From: Thermodesulfobacteriota bacterium
Lineage (GTDB): Bacteria; Desulfobacterota_D; UBA1144; Nemesobacterales; UBA2774
Assembly (NCBI GenBank): GCA_965216785.1
Contig: OZ244197.1
Coordinates: forward strand, 1,856,001 to 1,920,000
Direction of reading: 5' to 3'
DNA: 64,000 nt
Part shown: positions 59,982 to 64,000 of the stretch, piece after piece
How positions within the stretch are numbered: the first letter of the stretch is position 1
Layout of the letters: every line of letters begins with the position of its first letter
The notes under the pieces: model-generated
Told to the model about the DNA's origin: nothing
What the model saw: the letters and a program-made list of their open reading frames with translations, nothing else
The model's database searches: none
Program-made: the position numbers and the translations under genes

Positions 59982-61664
59982 TTGAACGCAGCCCTTCTGG
60001 CGGTAATTGTACTTGTACTCTACATACTGGGATACAGGTTCTACTCTAAATTCCTTGCCGATAAGATATTCCGCCTCTCTGACGACGAAGTAACTCCGGC
60101 GCATGAAAAAGAGGACGGTATTGACTTCGTCCCGACAAATAAACACGTACTTTTCGGCCATCATTTTGCGTCAATCGCGGGCGCGGCGCCGATAATCGGC
60201 CCGGCGATCGCTATCTTCTGGGGATGGGTCCCTGCGATACTGTGGGTAGTATTCGGCACTATTTTCATGGGGGCGGTGCATGATTTCAGCGCCTTGGTTA
60301 TCTCGGCCAGGGAAAAAGGGCGCTCCATCGGAGACCTGGCTGATAAGTTCATAAACGGGCGCGCCAGGACCCTTTTTTTACTCATTGTTTATTTCCTCAT
60401 ATTCTTCGTAATAGCTGTTTTCGCCTACGCAATAGCGGCTCTTTTCGTGGCATTTCCCTCTAGCGTGCTGCCTGTGAACTTTCAAATTATCGTTGCTGTG
60501 GCAATAGGCTTTTTATTCTATAAAAAAGGAGTGCCGATCCTCTGGCCCTCGATTATCGCCCTAATTACTCTTTACTTTATGATATGGCTCGGTACGAAAG
60601 TGCCGATCGAGCTCCCCGCGGTGATGGGCTCGCAGATCGTAACATGGATTATTCTTCTCCTGATTTATTCCTTTATCGCCTCAGTGCTTCCCGTGTGGAC
60701 GCTTCTTCAGCCGCGGGACTATATAAACGGCCATCAATTATTCCTCGGCCTCGGGCTGTTGTTCGCCGGGCTGTTAGTCGCGCGCCCAGAGATGCAGGCG
60801 CCCGCTTATAATGAGAACGCCCATGGGGGAGTGCCGATCTTCCCGTTTATCTTTGTAACTGTCGCCTGCGGGGCAATAAGCGGATTTCACGGGCTGGTGT
60901 CCAGCGGTACTACGTCTAAGCAGCTCGCGCGGATGAGGGACTCGCGAATGATCGGCTACGGAGGGATGCTGGGGGAAGGGCTTTTAGCGATGATAGCCAC
61001 TCTTGCAGTGGCAGCCGGGATACAAAGAACCGAGTGGCTTCAGCACTACCACACCTGGGAGGCCGCGGCGCAGGGGGGGATTAGCAACTTCGTGATCGGG
61101 GCATCCAGCTTTTTAAACGCCCTCGGCTTGCCCGAAGCGTTCAGCCAGACGTTAATTAGCGTTATCGTAATAAGCTTTGCGGCAACATCGCTCGATACCG
61201 CGACCAGGATACAGAGGCTTCTCATAGGAGAGCTTGGGAACTCTTATAAGATTGAGCCCCTCAAAAACCGATACGTCGGCGCTACATTGGCCGTAGTGCC
61301 CCCGCTCTTATTGGCGCTATTGGTAGATGCGCCCGGAAAGGGTGCGGGCTCTGGAGGTTTTTTACTCTGGCCGCTTTTCGGAGCCACAAACCAGCTCGTG
61401 GCCGGGCTTACGCTTCTTGTCGCCACTATATATCTTTGGAGACTCAAAAGACCCATTATTTATACCCTTATACCGATGGTTTTTTTGATTATAATGACGA
61501 TCGCCTCTATGGTTTGGAATTTTAAGGTGTTTGCGAATAACCCGCTTTTGCTTTTCCTTTCGGCCACTGTGCTCGCTCTGGCTGTGTGGCTCCTGCTCGA
61601 GGCCTATTTCGTATATTCGAGCCAGAAAAAGAGCGGGGAAGGGTTTATACAAGAGCCTGAGTAA
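59982..61664 (+). CDS. cstA: Carbon starvation protein A family transporter
   Basis: TPAH...DGIDFVPT, FGHHFASIAGAAP, LLQPRDYIN, ACGAISGFH, WPLFGATNQL. Confidence 0.93.
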   Translation: MNAALLAVIVLVLYILGYRFYSKFLADKIFRLSDDEVTPAHEKEDGIDFVPTNKHVLFGHHFASIAGAAPIIGPAIAIFWGWVPAILWVVFGTIFMGAVHDFSALVISAREKGRSIGDLADKFINGRARTLFLLIVYFLIFFVIAVFAYAIAALFVAFPSSVLPVNFQIIVAVAIGFLFYKKGVPILWPSIIALITLYFMIWLGTKVPIELPAVMGSQIVTWIILLLIYSFIASVLPVWTLLQPRDYINGHQLFLGLGLLFAGLLVARPEMQAPAYNENAHGGVPIFPFIFVTVACGAISGFHGLVSSGTTSKQLARMRDSRMIGYGGMLGEGLLAMIATLAVAAGIQRTEWLQHYHTWEAAAQGGISNFVIGASSFLNALGLPEAFSQTLISVIVISFAATSLDTATRIQRLLIGELGNSYKIEPLKNRYVGATLAVVPPLLLALLVDAPGKGAGSGGFLLWPLFGATNQLVAGLTLLVATIYLWRLKRPIIYTLIPMVFLIIMTIASMVWNFKVFANNPLLLFLSATVLALAVWLLLEAYFVYSSQKKSGEGFIQEPE

Positions 61665-61801
61665 AGCTGGCCAAAGCGCTTGCGTAAAATAATCTTGGCA
61701 CGAAAATAGAACCGATTCTGTCATAAGCCCGTATATACTTAACAAAGAGCAAAAATAGCTCCATTTTAAAGGCAGAGCGTCCTTACGAATAGGAGATTTA
61801 A

Positions 61802-62458
61802 ATGAGAAAATTACTTATAGTCCTGGCAGCGTTATTAGTTTTCGGGCAGGTGTACGAGCTTTTCGCGGGCTCGATTGACGAGACCGCCGAGATTGCAAAG
61901 AGGAAAGTAGCCAGGGAGAACGAGCACTATGAAAGGGCAATCTTCGCGGGCGGGTGTTTTTGGTGCGTGCAGCCACCCTACGATTACCAGGAAGGGGTGA
62001 TTACGACGACCGTAGGCTTTACAGGGGGCACTGAGGTAGACCCCACGTATAAAGAGGTTGCCTACGGTAAGACCTCGCACACCGAAGCAATTGAGGTGAT
62101 TTATAACCCTGATGTTGTGAGCTACGAAAAGCTTCTGGATATATTCTGGAGGAATATTAATCCTACCGACTCAGACGGGCAATTTGTAGACAGGGGCTCG
62201 CAGTACAGGCCCGGGATTTTCTACTTGAACGAAGAGCAGAAAAAGACCGCTCTCGAATCTAAAAAACACCTGGAGGAGTCCGGTCGCTTCGATATGCCCA
62301 TAGTGGTAGAGATTACTGAGGTCACACCGTTTTATGACGCCGAGGAGTATCATCAAAAATACTATCTGAAAAAGCCCGTGCATTATAAGACTTACAGGAT
62401 GGGTTCGGGAAGGGACAAGTTCATTAAAAAATATTGGGACGTGAGCGCTAAGAAGTGA
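61802..62458 (+). CDS. msrA: Peptide-methionine (S)-S-oxide reductase, exported
   Basis: FAGGCFWC, GQFVDRGSQYR, AEEYHQKY; N-terminal signal peptide. Confidence 0.93.
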   Translation: MRKLLIVLAALLVFGQVYELFAGSIDETAEIAKRKVARENEHYERAIFAGGCFWCVQPPYDYQEGVITTTVGFTGGTEVDPTYKEVAYGKTSHTEAIEVIYNPDVVSYEKLLDIFWRNINPTDSDGQFVDRGSQYRPGIFYLNEEQKKTALESKKHLEESGRFDMPIVVEITEVTPFYDAEEYHQKYYLKKPVHYKTYRMGSGRDKFIKKYWDVSAKK

Positions 62459-62547
62459 GTGTTTTTAAAGGAAGTTACTTCGCTCGTAATGACAGACTGA
62501 TAAGCAGTATGAAAATAATGATATTTTAGGACTGACACCGTATAATA

Positions 62548-63087
62548 TTGTTGTTGCGAAAGATACTTCTCATACCTTTATTGCTAGCATCTCTTTACGG
62601 CTGCGGGGGGTCGAGCGAGCTTGGTTATGTGCTTGCAAACGACTCGTACCGCTGCGAGGAATTCGACGTCACCAAAGAGGAGATGCTTAATCTCCTGAAC
62701 CGGGCCCGGGCTTCGAGCCGGAACTGCGGTTATAAGATATTCACCCCGGCGGGGCGAGTAGCTTGGAATCCCACACTTGCCAGGGCGGCGCTGGCCCACT
62801 CTACCGAGATGGCTACAAAGGATTTTGTGAGCCATAAAGACCCCGACGGAAAAGATGTCTCGGACAGGGTTTCAGTCGTAGAGTACCAGTGGTCAACAGT
62901 GGGCGAGAATATATCTGCCGGGAGAGAAAACTCGGCCGAAGTCGTTTCAGCCTGGCTAAACAGTCCCGTTCACTGTGAGAACATTATGAACCGCACATTT
63001 ACAGAGATAGGGGCCGCGTGTTTTCATAATAAAGACACCAAGTACAAGACTTTCTGGACTGTGGTATTCGCCTCTCCCAAAAAATAG
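62548..63087 (+). CDS. CAP/SCP-domain lipoprotein
   Basis: Lipobox LYGC; LNRARA, AHSTEMA, GENI, WLNSPVHCENIM. Confidence 0.88.
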   Translation: MLLRKILLIPLLLASLYGCGGSSELGYVLANDSYRCEEFDVTKEEMLNLLNRARASSRNCGYKIFTPAGRVAWNPTLARAALAHSTEMATKDFVSHKDPDGKDVSDRVSVVEYQWSTVGENISAGRENSAEVVSAWLNSPVHCENIMNRTFTEIGAACFHNKDTKYKTFWTVVFASPKK

Positions 63088-63095
63088 CCCGTTTA

Positions 63096-63866
63096 CTATT
63101 CTTCAACAATAGCCACAGGCCTAACCCAGCCCGCGCTCGCGCCTATGATCTTTATGGGAGGGCACACTACCTTAAACCCGTAGGGCGGCAGTTTGTCCAG
63201 GTTTGTGAGCTTTTCTATCTGGCAGTACTCTTTTTCTATGCCAGCGAAATGCGCGCCCCAGATTACGCTTGCGTCCCGGGTTTTTTTAAACTCCTGCACC
63301 ATAGTCCAAAAAGGCCTGTCCCAGCCCGCGGAGTCTGTGCCCATGACCTTGACTCCCCGCTCACAAAGCCAAAGGGTCGACTGCTTGCCGAGGCCTGGAA
63401 AACGAGACCAGTAAGCCTCTGTGCCCCACAGTTTATCCGCTCCCGTCATCACGAGCACTATATCGAAGGGTTTAATTTCGTAGTCTATTTCCTCAAGGGC
63501 ATGCTCCAGGTCAGAGACGTCTATCAGCTCTCCCGCTTCTTTGTGCCTCATATCTATGACCACACCGTCTGAGTAGAACCACTCAATTGGAAGCTCGTCC
63601 ACAGTCTTGGCTTTCCTGCCCTCGGATTCGGGGTGATAGTGCCACGGCGCGTCCATGTGAGTGCCGACGTGAGTGCCCAGAGTGACGTACTCGTTCGCCC
63701 AGCCTAGTCCTTTGGGCAGATCATCCCTCTCGCACTCAAAGCGCATAGTCATATACTCCGCCGTGTCCTCGTGCGCTTCATAATCTATTTCCAGCTTCTG
63801 ATGCTCGGGGCCTGGGGCGGGCTCAATGGTTATGCTGAGATCAATTATTCGTTTGTTTTTGGGCAT
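63096..63866 (-). CDS. Cyclase family (kynurenine formamidase-like) metal-dependent hydrolase
   Basis: IIDLS, HVGTHMDAPWH, QIEKLTNL, WVRPVA; likely start MPKNK. Confidence 0.88.
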   Translation of the reverse strand: MPKNKRIIDLSITIEPAPGPEHQKLEIDYEAHEDTAEYMTMRFECERDDLPKGLGWANEYVTLGTHVGTHMDAPWHYHPESEGRKAKTVDELPIEWFYSDGVVIDMRHKEAGELIDVSDLEHALEEIDYEIKPFDIVLVMTGADKLWGTEAYWSRFPGLGKQSTLWLCERGVKVMGTDSAGWDRPFWTMVQEFKKTRDASVIWGAHFAGIEKEYCQIEKLTNLDKLPPYGFKVVCPPIKIIGASAGWVRPVAIVEE

Positions 63867-64000
63867 AGGCCTATTATATTTCAATTAATATAGTTTTAAA
63901 AGATTGTGTGGTTACGCCATATCCGTAATACAGGCACAGGTATATGAGCGCTGGTAAAAAAATTAACCTAAGGCAATTGGGGCAATCGGACTTACTGCTT

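Noticed and set aside
61696-61712. Sigma54 promoter upstream of msrA (TGGCACG), with similar partial matches near 58560 and 57210
   Set aside because: The -12 GC is missing or wrongly spaced in each case.

Overview
Bacterial chromosomal window, about 50% GC by eye. The gene content (DUF1844, mtnP-PfkB pair, sigma54 activators, TrmI) suggests a deltaproteobacteria-like lineage; this is inference only. Positions 1-27.8 kb are mostly housekeeping: tRNA-Glu and tRNA-Lys, trmI, rsmG, mtnP, hldE, a DnaJ/CbpA homologue, Mrp, an orphan nuoM, a MoxR operon, two PTPS genes with folE, hemA, hemC, and a DnaQ-WYL fusion. An accessory region starts at the initiator tRNA-Met (27755-27831), whose 3' half is repeated about 950 bp downstream. 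It carries a Cys-rich lipoprotein, a patatin plus pentameric ligand-gated ion channel pair, a CzcCBA-type efflux system, an SGNH protein and a collagen-like protein. The most interesting element is a RiPP-like cluster at about 40.9-51.7 kb. It encodes a PqqD/RRE protein, an HPr-kinase-like kinase that probably starts at ATA, four glycosyltransferase genes, a nucleotidyltransferase, an adenylate-forming enzyme and four paralogous precursor-like peptides with a near-invariant 48-aa leader. Two of the peptides are fused to C-terminal Hint (Hedgehog/intein) domains that keep the N-terminal Cys chemistry but lack the terminal His-Asn. The other two stop close to where the Hint would be cut off, and one of them (47323-47502) is missing from the ORF track. 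No lasso cyclase or leader protease is visible, so the Hint may supply the C-terminal activation step. From 52.6 kb onward the content is regulators and housekeeping genes. All family calls come from motif recognition by eye; no searches were run.
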